A stretch of DNA of 64,000 nt, taken from contig NC_090384.1 of the NCBI RefSeq assembly GCF_036365525.1, forward strand, positions 30,077,400 to 30,141,399, read 5' to 3'. The translations under genes were made by a program, and so were the position numbers. The stretch is from Heterodontus francisci (taxonomy: Eukaryota). The notes beneath the pieces are model-generated. The model was not told the DNA's origin. It did no database searches and was given only the letters and a program-made list of their open reading frames with translations. How positions within the stretch are numbered: position 1 is the stretch's first letter; each line of letters begins with the position of its first letter. Shown piece after piece: positions 1 through 12,599 of the stretch.

Positions 1-1303
1 GTAGTTAAAATAGACTTCAATTATCCGAATATAGACTGAGATAGTAATAGTGTAAAGGGCAGAGAGGGGGAAGAGTTCCTCCGATGTGTTCAGGAGAATT
101 TTCTAGATCAGGTATGTTTCTGACCCAAAGAGGAAGGAGGTATTGCTGGATCTGGTTCTGGGGAATGATGTGGGCCAAGTGGATCAAATGTCAGTCTGGA
201 AACTTTTGGCGTCAGTGATAATGTCATAAGGTTTAGGTTAGCTATGGAAAAGGACAAGGAGAAATCCAGAGTAAAAATCATCAATTGGGGGAGGGCTAAT
301 TTCACTGGGGTGAGAACAAATTTGGCCAAGGCAAAACTCTGACAGAATAATGGGCTGTCTTTAAAGAGAAGATGGTTCAGATACAGTTGAGGTACATTCC
401 CATAAAGGGGAAAGGTAGGACAAGTCAGAGCTCCCTGGATGATGAGCGAGATAGTGTCAGGTGAAGTATAAAAAGAGTGTGTATGTCAGCTTGAAAATGA
501 GAACCAGGCTAAATTTAGAAAGCTCAAAGGGGAAGTGAAGAAAGAAATGAGAAGCAAAGAGAGTGTGAGAAGAGACTGGCAGCTAACATAACAGGAAATC
601 CAATAGTCTTCTATCGGCATGTAAATCGTAAAACGATTGTAAGGGGAGGGGTGGGGCTGATTAGGGACCAATAGGGGATTGATGCATGGAGGCAGAGGAT
701 ATGGCTGAGCTACCAACTGAGCATTTTGCATCTGTGTGCACCAAGGAAGAAGACGCTGCCCAAGTCATAGTGAAAGAGGAGGTAGTTGAGATACTGGATG
801 GACTAAAAATTGAGTAGACGAGGAATTAGAAAGGTTGACTATAATTAAAGTTGATGAGTCACCAGGACTGGATGACAAGCATCTGGGCATACTGAGGGAA
901 GTAAGGCTGGAAATTGCAGACATTGGCCATAATCCTACAATCTGCTTGGATACAGGGGTGGTGCCAGAAGACTGGAGAATTGCAAATGTTACACCCTTGT
1001 TCAAAAAAGGGTGTAAGGATAAACTCAGCAACTACAGGCCACTAAGTTCCTCATCACTGAGGTTAAAAGCTTTTTTAAACGATAATTCGAGACAAAATTA
1101 ATAGTCACTTGGACAAATGCGGATTAATCAAGGAAAGCCAACACAGTATGTTGAGGGCAAATTGTGTTTAACTCGATTGAGTTTTTAGATGAGGGAACAG
1201 AGAGGGTTGGTGAGGGTAATGTGGTTAATGTGGCGTACATGGACTTACAAAAGGTGTTTGATAAGGTGGCACGTAACAGGCTTGCCAGTAGGTTGAAGTC
1301 CAT

Positions 1304-1468
1304 AAAAGAAAAAAGACGTGCTTTTATATAGTGCTTTTCATGACCACTGGATGTCTCAAAGGTCTTTACAACTAATGAAGTACTTTTGATGTGTAGTCAC
1401 TGTTGTAATGTAGGACACAAGGCAGCCAATTTGTGCACAGTTTGCTCCCACAAACAGCAGTGTGATAT
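1304..1468 (-). mobile_element. 3' part of a Deu/SacSINE1-like SINE (L2-type tail) inserted in CR1
   Basis: Reverse complement matches the SINE body and tail at 39200-39265 and 40910-40987 (ttggctgc..tcctacattacaacagtgact..aagtacttcatt..tgtaaag..tatataaa). The CR1 frame resumes after 1468. Confidence 0.8.
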
Positions 1469-2287
1469 GGCAATGGAATGAAAGGGACAGTGGTAGCATG
1501 GATGCGGACTTGGCTGAGTGATGGGAAACAGTCGTGGTGAACAGTTGTTTTTCGGACGAGAGGGAGGTATACAGTGGGGTTCCCCAGGGATCGGTGGTAG
1601 GACCATTGCTCCTCTTGATCTATTTTGATGATCTAGACTTGGATGTGCAGGGCACAGTTTCAAAGTTTACATGTGATACAAAACATGCATGTATTCTGAA
1701 CTGTGAGGAGGCTGGTGATGGACTTCAAGAGGACATAGATAGGCTGGTGGAATGGGTGGACACATGGCAGATGAAATTTAATGCAGAGAAGTGTGAAGTG
1801 ATGCATTTTGGTACGAAGAACAAGGAGAGGCAATAATAAAATAAAGGATACAATTCTAACGGGTGCAGGAGTAGAGGGAACCGTGGGTATATGTGCACAA
1901 ATGATTGAAGGTGGCAGGGCAGATTGAGAATCTGATTAATAAGGTATATGAGATCCTAGGGCTTTATAAATAGGGGCATAGAAAACAGAAGTAAGAAAGT
2001 TTTATAAAGGTTCACCATAACTTTGGCCTCAACTGGAGTATTGTGTCCATTTCTGGGGACCACACTTTTGGAACGGTGTGAAGCCATTAGAGAGGGTGCA
2101 GAAAAGTTTACAAGCATGGTTCCACTGATGAGGAATTTTAGGTTATATGGCTAGATTAGAGAAGCTGGGGACCGTTCTCGTTAAAGAAAAGGTTGAGAAG
2201 AGATTTGATGGAGATGTTCAAAATCATGAGGGGTCTGGACAGAATAGATAGGGAGAAACTGTTCCCATCGGTGGAAGGAGACACCAA

Positions 2288-3458
2288 TAGGTGAGGTGAG
2301 AGTGACTGCCCTGGATATCAAGACAGCATTTGACTGAGTATGGCATCAAGGGGCCATAGCAAAACTGGAGTCAATGGGAATCAGGGAAAACTCTCCACTA
2401 TTTGGAGTCATACCTAGCACAAATGAAGATGGTTGTGGTTGTTGGAGGTCAATCATCTCAGTCCCAAGACATCACTGCAGGAGTTCCTCAGGGTCGTGTC
2501 CGAGGCCCAACCATCTTCAGCTGCTTCATCAATGACCTTCCCTCCATCATAAGGTCAGAAATGGGGATGTTCGCTGATGATTGCACAATGTTCAGCACCA
2601 TTCGCGACTCCTCAGATACTGAAGCAGTCCATGCCCACATGCAGCAAGTCCTGGACAATATCCAGGCTTAGGCTGATAAGTGGCAAGTAATATTTGTGCT
2701 AGGTAGTGACCATCTCAAACAAGAGAGAATCCAACCATCTCCCCTTGATGTTCAATGGCATTACCATCACAATGCTCCACTATCAACATCCTGGGGGTTA
2801 CCATTGACCAGAAACTGAACTGGACCAGCCACATAAATGCTGTGGCTACAACAGCAGGCTAAAGGCTAGGAATCCTGCGGCGAGTAACTATCCTCCTGTC
2901 TCCCCAATGCCTGTCCACTGTCTACAAGGCATAAGTCAGGAGTGTGATGGAATACTGTCCACTTAACTGGATGGGTGCAGCTGCAACAACACTCAAGAAG
3001 CTCAACACCGTCCAGGACACAGCACTTGATTAGCACCCCGACCACCACCTTCAACATTTGCTCCCTTCACCACGGATGCACAGTGGTGGCGGTGTGTACC
3101 ATATACAAAGTGCACTGTAGCAACTCGCCAAAGCTCCTTCAACAGCACTTTCCAAACCTGTGACCTCTACCACCTAGAAGGACAAGGGCAGCAGATGCAT
3201 GGGACCACCAGCATCTGCAAGTTCCCCTCCAAGCCCCACACCATGCTGACTTGGAACTATATCATTGTTTCTTCACTGTCACTGGGTCAAAATCCTGGAA
3301 CTCCCTTCCTAACAGCATTGTTGGTCTCCCTATAGCCCCTGGACTGCAGCAGTTTAAGAAGGCAGCTCACCACCACGTTCTCGAAGGCAATTAGGTATGG
3401 GCAGTAAATGCTGGCCTAGCCAGCGATGCCCACACCCAATGAACGAATAAAAAAAAAA
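2288..3458 (+). mobile_element. 5'-truncated poly(A)-tailed LINE (CR1/Jockey group, here 'family B') nested in CR1
   Basis: RT motifs AGVPQG..GPTIFSCFINDLPSIIRSE.GMFADDCTMF; hairpin-forming 3' tail and poly(A) at 3448-3458. The CR1 3' end resumes at 3459. Confidence 0.9.
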
Positions 3459-4349
3459 GTGACTGGCTAAAGAACCAAAAGCAATGCGGGGAAAAGCTTT
3501 TTTCTATATACAGTGTGTGGTTAGGATCTGGAATGCACTGCCTGAGAGAACAGTGGAGGCAAGTTCAGTTGTGGCTTTCAAAAGGGAATTGGATTAGCAC
3601 CTGAAGAGAGTATTTGCAGGGCTACGGGGAAAGGCAGATGAGTGAGACTAGCTGTGTTGCACTTGGAGAACTGGCATGGATGCAATGGGCCGAATGGTGG
3701 CCTCCTTTGCTGTAACCATTTTTATGATACTATTTGAAATAATTTGACGAGAAGTGTTGTAGAGACAAAAATATTATAGATGTTAGATGGATGCTAAGAT
3801 GTGAGAGTCAGGATGGTGGAATCATCATTGCTGATAGTCTACACTCCATTAACGCATTGCTTTTTAGCTGCTGTGTATTTTATTTCACGATTTAAGGGGA
3901 TGAACCTTGAAAGTCTAAATGGCTGTTGCCACTGTTCAAATATTTTGCAGTTTTCTGGAATAAAAGGGCAGATAAATTACCCACCAGAAGAATAATGGTG
4001 AAAAATCGAAGTGATCATGTTTCCTGCTTCAAACTTTGTGTGGAACCTGGAAAGTTGTTTATTTTTAGTAAGACACAATTCTGGAATTTTTAAAATATTT
4101 GGCGGCAAAGTATGTCAATTCCAATTATGTTATATTTTTTGTCCCAGAATATATAGCACAAAGATGCAATGACATCAGCTTGTAGAAAAATAGTTTGATA
4201 AGTAGTAGCATTTTTAAATGACAGTTTTTATGAATACATTTCTTGAAATTTTCACTTTTTTTTTAATAGTGAACTGATGAAGCAACATAATGTATCACTG
4301 AAATAGTGTCAGTAGTGATGCTTTGAGATGATTAGAAGTTTCAGAATTT

Positions 4350-5607
4350 AACAGGCAATTGAAGTTTCTTCTTAAGGAATGTCTTGGAAGGAGAGGTGTA
4401 GGAAGGGAATTTCAGAGCTTGGGGCCTAGGCAACTGAAGGCATGGTCACCAATGGTGGAAAGATTAAAATTGGGGATGCACAAGAGGCCAGAATTAGATG
4501 AGTGCAAGTTCTCCGCCAAGCCACACATCATCCTGACTTGGAACTATATCGCTGTTCCTTCACTGTCACTGGGTCAAAATCCTGGAACTCCCTTCCTTAC
4601 AGCACTGTTGGTGTACCTACACCCCAAGGACTGTAGCGGTTCAAGAAGGCAGCTCACCACCACCTTCTCGAGGGCAGTTAGGGATGGGCAATAAATGCTG
4701 GCCTAGCCAGCGACGTCCACATCCCCCGAATGAATAATTTAAAAAAAATTTGAGGATTACAGAGACAGGGAGGGGCAAGACCATGGAGAGCTTTGAAAAC
4801 AAACTTGAGAATTTTAAAATCAAGATGTTGCTTGACCAAGAGTCAGTGCAGGTCAGGGAGTTTAGGGGTGATAGGTAAACGGGACTTGGTTTGAGATAAG
4901 ACAGGAGCGGCAGAGTTTTGGATGACTTCAAGTTTATGGAGGATGGAATGTGGGAGACCAGCCAGGAATAGTCAAGCTTAGTGGTAAAGAAGGCATGAAT
5001 AAGAGTTTCAGCAGGAGATGAGCTGAGATGGGTGAAGTCAGGCGATAATACGGAGGTGGAAATAGGCAGTCTCAGTGCTGGCACGAACAAGAGTTCGAAA
5101 GCTCATCTCGGGGTCAAATGTGACACCAAGGTTGCGAACAGACTGGCTTAATCTCAGGCTGTTGCCAGGGAGATGGATGGAGTCGGTAGTAGGGAACTGT
5201 GTTTGGAGGCGGGTACCAAAAGCAGTGGCTTCAGTCTTCCAATATTAAATTGGAGGAAATTTCTGCTCATCCAGTACTGGATGTCAGATAAGCATTCTGA
5301 ATTTAGCTACAGGGGAGGAATTGAGAGAAGTAGTGTTGAGATAGAGCTGGGTGTTGTCAGCATACATGTGAAAGTAACGCTTTGCTTTTGAATGATGTTT
5401 CCAAGGGGCAAAATATAGATAAGAAATAGGAAGGGGTTAAGGATAGATCCTGGGGGGACACGAGAGGTAATGGTGCAGGAGTGGGAAGAGAATCCATTGC
5501 AAGTGATTCTCTGGCTATGATTAGATAGATAAGAATGGAACCAGGTGATAACAGTCTCACCCAGCTGGATGATGGTGGAGAGGGGAGGAGGTGAAAGCAA
5601 CGGCCAC
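4350..5607 (-). mobile_element. L2-clade LINE fragment
   Basis: Minus-strand fragments WFHSYLSNHSQ, VPPGSILNPFLFLIY and AETLIHAF..KLDY; homologous to the L2 at 12600-15386. Confidence 0.88.
4503..4749 (+). mobile_element. Family B LINE 3' end nested in L2
   Basis: Near-identical to 3215-3458 and 9266-9505, with an A-rich tail; splits the L2. Confidence 0.88.
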
Positions 5608-6113
5608 AAACAAATCTTTCCACCTTTTTAGTTAGATTGGTTGAAGTCCTCCCATGCTGCTACTCTTTTTCTCTCTCTCTCTCTCTCTCTCTTTTCCCTC
5701 TCCACCCCTAAAGACTCTCCTAAATATATCTGAGAGAAATTAACAGGGAGGAACATTCATGCCTCCCAGATATTCTTCCATTTGAGTTAGAATTTCTTGG
5801 GCAAAATGATGAGATTCTAAGAAAAGTAAATGTAACCACTAAAGTGGCTATAGACAAGCTGAAAGCATTTAAGGAAGTGAAGGCTGTGGTCCAGATGGAT
5901 TGCACTCATGGTACTTGAGCATTGGTTATGTTCTAAAAGGCAATTTTAGGTGTAGCAGCAATGAAATGGGGTGGGTGGAAAAAAATGGCAAGGAAACTGG
6001 GGATGGTGAAGAGGCAGAAGCGAGGGAGAGTGGGATGTAGGAATTGAGCGAAACGGAGATGAGGGTACTGTTCACTGGACTGCATCTCTGCTTGCTTGTC
6101 AGGATATGGGTGG

Positions 6114-6947
6114 TGTCATGCAGGCCCCCACCTGCCAAGAATGAGGCATTTTAATTTCGCCACATGGACATTAAATTTCAAATTGTTGCTGGGAAGAAGC
6201 GAAGGCCTGATAAGGGGTTGCTAGGCCCCTGGCTGGAAAGACATTTTTGCATATTAACAGACAGTATTTGTAGACAAAGGACCATTCCCTGACCCACCCA
6301 ATACACAAAGCCAGAAGTGGTTATACCAGTCATGTGACTACCCTGCTGACCAACTTGGAGAGTTTTAAATTGGAGAAAGTGTTTGAAGACAGAAAGCTGT
6401 TTGCTCCTGGGCTGAGAAGACCTCTCTTCTGCCTGCTCCCATCTCGTTCTCACGGAACTCCAAAAACCCACTGGAGACACATGAACCCGAAGAGAGAGAA
6501 AAGTTTGCTACAGTGAACAAGATTTAAGAAGAATACTGGGCCCCAGCGAAAAGCAAGACCATATCTTCAATCAAGGACTCTACAGCGAGCTCGAAGCACA
6601 GTAACAAAAAAAGCCCCTCCTCAGATTACCTCAAACTTTTCCACTTTTTTTCTCTTTTCTGTCCCTATCTGCATGTGTATCGCATACGCATGCCAGCGTG
6701 GACGGGTCGTGTATCCGTAGGCGTTAACCAAATTTAGAGTTTAAGTTTAATAAATTTCACTTTTCTTCTTTAAACCTAAGAAGGCCTGTTTGTGCTAGTT
6801 TCTTTGTCTTATAATTGGAAAGCGGTGAACAAGGATTCACCAGGAGGAGCTCAAAACACAGTGTGTTTAAAAATAAAACCCTGTTACAGTAAGACCAGGT
6901 GAAGGCTGAAAGGGACCCCTAGACCTCTTTCTCACCTGGTCGTAACA
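6114..6947 (+). mobile_element. Solo LTR (Gypsy-like), 834 bp
   Basis: Termini TGTCATG...CGTAACA; 4-bp TSD GTGG (6110-6113 and 6948-6951); AATAAA about 200 bp from the right end; no internal coding region. Confidence 0.85.
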
Positions 6948-7439
6948 GTGGAGAATTGACAATGACCAGAAAATTCAGCCAGCTAGCTGGAGGGGGTCGA
7001 AGAATACTGAAGAAAGGGATTTCATGGAAATAGATGTAGGAGTAATGAGGCAGGGGACAAACAGCCAATGGGGAGAACAGTAGCAAGTGTGGTGAGGGTT
7101 ACTTCTCTTACTCTTTCTCCCACATTGGTTCCGTTAGCCATTTATGACCCTGTTTGACCAATTTAAATTGTTCTAGGCTACTTATAATCCGTGCCACAGG
7201 GCATCTAACAATGCTTTTGTAAGGCATACTCGTACACCTCCTGTTGTGCTGACTGAGGGGTGGCGGTCTGGGGACTGCAATAAAAGGGGAACTAAAGCAT
7301 AGTACAGGCATCTTCTGCTGATGCCAGAGGGTGGATAATGTTTTGGATGTCAGAAAGGGAACTGTGGGTGGGGGTGGTGGGGAGGACATGATGCAGCCAG
7401 CTGTGATTGAATAGAATTTTCAGCCAACTGGAGGAGTCA

Positions 7440-10400
7440 AAGTTCGAGCGTGGGACCACAGAGATGTCACATCACCTGCACTGTTACAGGTATTGACAAC
7501 AGCTGGACCAACCACCATCTCAGCCTACCTGCCATCTCCATCACCCTAGCCCCCAAGCAGCGGGAGCAAGAAAAGCAATGCTGCAAGAAAATTAACATTG
7601 AAGGCCTCAAAGAACCTGCTAAAATTGCTCCTCTCAGTCAGCACCTCACCATCAACCTCCAACCATTAGGATTCACTGTATGCCATTAGTGCCTGGCCGA
7701 CTCCAAAAGCCACCATAACAGTCACTTACAAAGAGGTCTTTGGCTTCTTCACCAGGAAGCATCATGACTGGTTTGACGAGAATGACCAAGTAATACAGGA
7801 CTTAATAGAGCGTAAACGCAAAGCCTTAGCACACTGGAACCTTCACCACACATCCAAACTAAAGCAGCATTCCTACAGGCTCCTGAAGGCTGTGATGCAG
7901 CATAAACCCTGAGACATTAAAAAGAAATGGTGAGTAGAATGAACGTGGCAACTCAGCAACTTGTGGACACCAAGAACATAAATGGTTTCTTCAGTGCTGT
8001 CAAGGCGATCTATAGCCCAAGCACTCAAGGACACATGCCACAGAGAGTCATGAATTGAGGAGTACTCATCGAGGACAGGGAAGCAGTCAATGCTTGCTGG
8101 AGGGAACATTTCTAAGAACTCCTCAACCGACGCTCTTCAATTTGAATGTCCTCGACTCCATCCCTCAACACCCCGTCCGGCTCACTCTCAGTGCTACCCT
8201 AGTCTGGAGTGAGGTTGAAAAAGTCATTCAATAGCTGAAGGACGCCAAGGCCTCTGAAGCAAACTGAATCCCTGCAGAAATCCTGAAGCATGGTGGAGAT
8301 ACCAGACCAAGATGGTGGAGGTGAGGTGAGATGATTGGAGGTGATTGCCATTGACATCAAGGCAGCATTTGACTGAGTATGGCATCAAGGGGCCCTAGCA
8401 AAACTGGAGTCAATGGGAATTGGGAAAACTCTCCACTGGTTGGAGTCATACCTAGCACAAAGGAAGATGGTTGTGGTTGCTGGAGATCAATCATCTGAGC
8501 TCCAGGACATCACTGCAGGAGTTCCTCAGGGTACTGTCGTAGGCCCGACCATCTTCAGCTGCTTCATCAATGACATTCCTTCAATCATAAGGTCAGAAGT
8601 GGGGATGTTTGCTGATGATTGCACAATGTTCAGCACCGTTCGCGACTCCTCAGATACTGAAGCAGTCTGTAGAAATGCAGCAAGTCCTGGACAATATCCA
8701 GGCTTGGGCTGATGTGTGGCACAAATGTTACTTGCCATTTAAGTGCCAGGCAATGACCATCTCCAACAATGGAGAATAACCATCTCCCCACGACATTCAA
8801 TTGCATTAAGATCCCTGAATCCCCCACCATCAACGTCCTGCGGGTTACCATTGACCAGAAACTGAACTGGAATAGCCATATAAATACCATAGCTACAAGA
8901 GCAGGTCAGAGCTAGGAATCCTGTGGTGAGTAACTCACCTCCTGTCTCCCCAAATCCTGTCCACCCTATACAAGGCACAAGTCAGGAGTGTGATGGAATA
9001 CTCTCCACTTGCTTGGATGGGTGCAGCTCCAACAACACTCAAGAAGCTTGACACCATCCTGGACAAAGCAGTCCACATGACTGGCACTCCATTTACCACC
9101 TTCAGCATTCACTCACTCCACCACTGATGAGCAGTGACATCAGTGTATACCATCGATAAGATGCACTGCAGCAATGCACCAAGGCTCCTTAGACAGCACT
9201 TTCCAAACCCCCGACCTCTACCACCTAGAAGGACAAGGGCAGCAGATGCATGGGAACACCACCACCTGCAAGTTCCCCTCCAAGCCACACGCCACCCTGA
9301 CTTGGAACCATATCGCTGTTCCTTTACTGTTGCGTCAAAATCCTGGAAATTCCTTCCTTACAGCACTGTGGGTGTATCTACCCCACATGAACTGCAGCGG
9401 TTCAAGAAGGTGGCTCACCACCTCCTTCTCAAGGGCAATTAGGGATGGGCAATAAATGCTGTTCTAGCCAGTGACGCCCACATCCCATGATCAAATAAAA
9501 AAAAAACACTCCTGGCATGACTGCACAACCTCGTAACCCTTATCTGGGAGGAGGAGTGGTTACTGGGGATTTCAGGGAAGTTGTGATAGTGACTATTCAA
9601 GAAGGGAGATGAGACTGATTAGTAGCAACTACAGAGGAATCTTACTGCTGTCTGCCACAGGGAAGATCATTTCAAGGATCCTCCTCGATCACCTCTTCCC
9701 AGTGGCTTAAGAGCTCTTTCTGGAGTTGCAGTGTGGCTTTCGCGCGCAGAGAGGCACCACAGACATGATCTTCACTGCGTGGCAAATGCAGGGAACAATG
9801 CCAACTGCTGTACAGGCCTTTTTTTTGACCTCTCAAAAGCCTTTGACTCTGTCAACTGTGAAGGTTTATGGAGCATCCTGCTCAAATTTATCTGCCCTCA
9901 GAAGTTTGTCACTACCCTCTGTCGACTCCACGATGACATGCAAGCCGTGATCCTCACCAACAGAACCACCAAAGATGCTATATGTCGAACAAGATTCTGT
10001 CATCGCACCAACCCACTTCTCCATTTTCCTTGCTGCATGCTACACTTCACATCCAGCAAATTACCTGCTGGCGTAGAGATAATCTACAGAATAGATGGGT
10101 AACTATTCAATCTACGCCACCTTCAATCCAAAACTAAAATCACTTCAACCTCAGTCATTGAGCTTCAGTATGCAGCTCATGTTTGCATGTGTGCTTACTC
10201 TGAAACTGGGCTCCAGATCATTGTTGACGCCTCTGAAGCATATGAGAAAATGGGTCTTTCACTAAACACTCGGAAAACGAAGGTCCTCTTCCAACCAGCT
10301 CCAAAAGCACAGCACCTCCCCCTGTCAATCAAAACCTGTGATGAGATCCTGGAAAATGTGGCTAACTTTACATATCTTAGGAGCCTCCTCTTGTCGAAGG

Positions 10401-11150
10401 CAGACATAGATGACGGCGAGGTTCATCATTGCCTCCAGTGTGCTAGCTGAGCCTTCGGCTGACTGAGGAATTTGAGGATTAGGATCTCAAATGTGAGACT
10501 TAAGATCACGATTTACCAGGCAGCAGTGATCCTTGTGCTCCAATCTGCTTTGGAGACTTGGAAACCTGCAGTAGGCACCTCCAAAGCACTAGTGAAGTAC
10601 CACCAGAGGTGTCACTGCACGATCCTCCAAATCCAGTGGCAAGAAAGGCGGTCCAACAGCAGTATTCTCTCCAAGCCAACCTGCCCAATGTCGGGACACT
10701 AATCACCCAAAATCAGCTCCTTTGGGTGGGACATGTCATCTGCGTGCCTGACACCAGAGTCCCGAAGCAACTGTTAACTCAGAATGTGGTCATGACAGGA
10801 AACTCCCAGGAGGACAGCGGAAATGCCTTAGAGATGTCCTCAAAGTTTCCCTGAAGAGCTCAAACATCCCTGTCGACTCGAGAGTCCCTAGCTCGTGACT
10901 GTCCTAGGTGGCGAAAGCTCATTTGGGAAGGTATGGTACATCACGAGGGACTTCGTCGGGAACATGCGGAGGTGAATTGAGATGTTGGAAGGAGCGCATA
11001 ATAGCTACTCATCTACCTGACCCTTCAAGCACCACCTGTCCCTCATGGCAGAGTCTGCAGATCACACAATGGACCTGTCTGCCATCTCAACCCATCGAAC
11101 CAGAGTGGAAGCAAGTCATCCTCAATCCCAAGGGACTGCCTAAGAGAAGA
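7440..11150 (+). mobile_element. RTE-clade LINE, degraded, interrupted by a family B LINE
   Basis: HxDWFDEND, NYRGI.LLS..GKI, QCGFRA.RGTTDMIF, FFDLSKAFDSVN, LSLNTRKTKVL, FTYL motifs; RTE-type 3' end with short AAG repeats near 11140-11150. Confidence 0.88.
8318..9506 (+). mobile_element. Family B LINE, 5'-truncated, nested in RTE
   Basis: AGVPQGTVVGPTIFSCFINDIPSIIRSEVGMFADD; same 3' tail and poly(A) at 9497-9506; collinear with 2288-3458. Confidence 0.9.
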
Positions 11151-12134
11151 GGGCCAACTGGAAGTGATGGGAATTGAGTGCATTCAGTGACAGTCCATTG
11201 TAGGGAGAATATTCAAGGATCCCTATTCCTTGAGATGGGCGAGGGAGGTGTGGGTGTTGTCTAGATCAGTCAGAGGTGTTGGAGTTTTCTGCTGTTGTTG
11301 TTTAAAACAGATACTCGCAATTCTATTGCTTCTGCAGCCTCTCCGCATTAAACATAATCATTTCCTGCTTGGACTTGGTGACTTCTAGCCGTTTTTGATT
11401 GCACATCGTCCTCATCTTTCTCATTTTGTATGTGTGCATGTTTGGAGAGAGGGTAGAATCTTGCTCAGGGGATGAAAACTTGCTTCAAGGAAGGGGCAAA
11501 TGCTTTCTCACCGTTTTGGTGGGTGGAAGGGGTAGTTGCACAACTTTTACTACATTTATCAGCCTTTTTGTACATTGTTCTTTAGGCCTCTCTTGACACT
11601 ATGGGGAAGAAAAAGGAGATCATTCATTGAACTAAAACCTAAAATTTATGAACAAGTAGAACTGCCTTCTGACTGATTTGAGGAGTTTACATAAAGCTAC
11701 AACTGTCTAGATTTGTCAATGATTTCCTTGCAGCAAGTACTTTTGCAGATATCTTAAATGGACAGATCAGGTTAGCAGCTATACATCACAGCGTTAATGC
11801 TCCAAACGCTCATGCACAATGCCACAAATCAGTTGGTAAACAAATAAAAATGTATGTTCATAACCTGGGCTAAATACCAGTTGCAGACCAAAGGTACTTT
11901 ATCGACAGCTAGATGAAAATATCAGAAAATCTTAATTTCGTGTCTATGTTCAGATTAATTTCAAAAGAATAGTCAGGTGTGAGTGCTGTATAGGCTCCCT
12001 GTCATATATGTATGAAATGTTTTGCGCCTGCAGGCAGGCCCAGGTGAGGCACTAACAGCAATTTTTAGTGCAGGTGTCCATTGAATTGCCATAAAATGTT
12101 GATTTTGCTACCCAATCCTTCATTTAGATTAAAA

Positions 12135-12538
12135 GGGGAGACGGCGTCGTGGTAATGTCACTGGACTAGTAATCCAGAGGCCCAGGCTAATGCCCTGGGG
12201 AGATGGATTCAAATCTTACCATGGCAGCTGTTGGAATTTAAATTCAGTTAATTAACAAAAATCTGGAATTGAAAGCTAGTCTCAGTAATAGTGCCATGAA
12301 GCTATCATCGATTGTCATAAAAACCCATCTGGTTCATTAATGTCCTTTTAGGGAAGGAAATCTGCCAACTTTACCTGGTCTGGCCTACATTTGACTCCAG
12401 ATCCAAAGCAATGTGGTTGACTCATAACTGCCCTTTGAAATGGCCTAGCAAGTCACTCAGTTCAAGGGCAATTAGGGATGGGCAACAAATGCTGGCCTGC
12501 CAGTGACGCCCACATCCCATGAAATAATTTTTAAAAAA
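12135..12538 (+). mobile_element. Full-length tRNA-derived SINE carrying the family B LINE 3' tail (here 'SINE-B')
   Basis: tRNA-like head with A box (gtggtaatg) and B box (ggattcaaatc); central core; 3' end aagggcaattagggatgggcaacaaatgctggcctgccagtgacgcccacatccc matches the LINE tail at 9431-9487. Confidence 0.88.
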
Positions 12539-12599
12539 TTAGCAACCATAAATGGTCAAAATCATAATTTTCTATTGCCCTCCCAAGTATGATAGAAAA

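Larger units (their letters stand above)
1..3735 (+). mobile_element. CR1-clade LINE (HER1-like), degraded ORF2 plus 3' UTR, interrupted by two insertions
   Basis: Collinear frameshifted ORF2 motifs: DFNYPNID (endonuclease, nt ~13-36), VVPEDWRIANVTPLFKKG, NYRP, SGVPQGSVVGPLL, WQMKFNAEKCEVMHFG, LEYCV. CR1-type 3' tail (gggccgaatgg..cctcct..gctgtaaccatt) near 3690-3735. Confidence 0.92.

Noticed and set aside
3951-4070. Plus-strand exon candidate FWNKRADKLPTRRIMVKNRSDHVSCFKLCVEPG
   Set aside because: Ordinary acceptor-like site, uncertain donor and no homology. Similar AG sites at 36300, 38155, 46147, 55550 and 56603 are equally unsupported.
5669-5692. (CT)n, (CA)n at about 60400, and poly-C runs at 41144 and 56956
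   Set aside because: Ordinary simple repeats.
12135-12230. tRNA genes here and at 15681, 25400-25480 and 38951
   Set aside because: Pol III A/B boxes continue into SINE cores and LINE-derived tails, with no complete cloverleaf.
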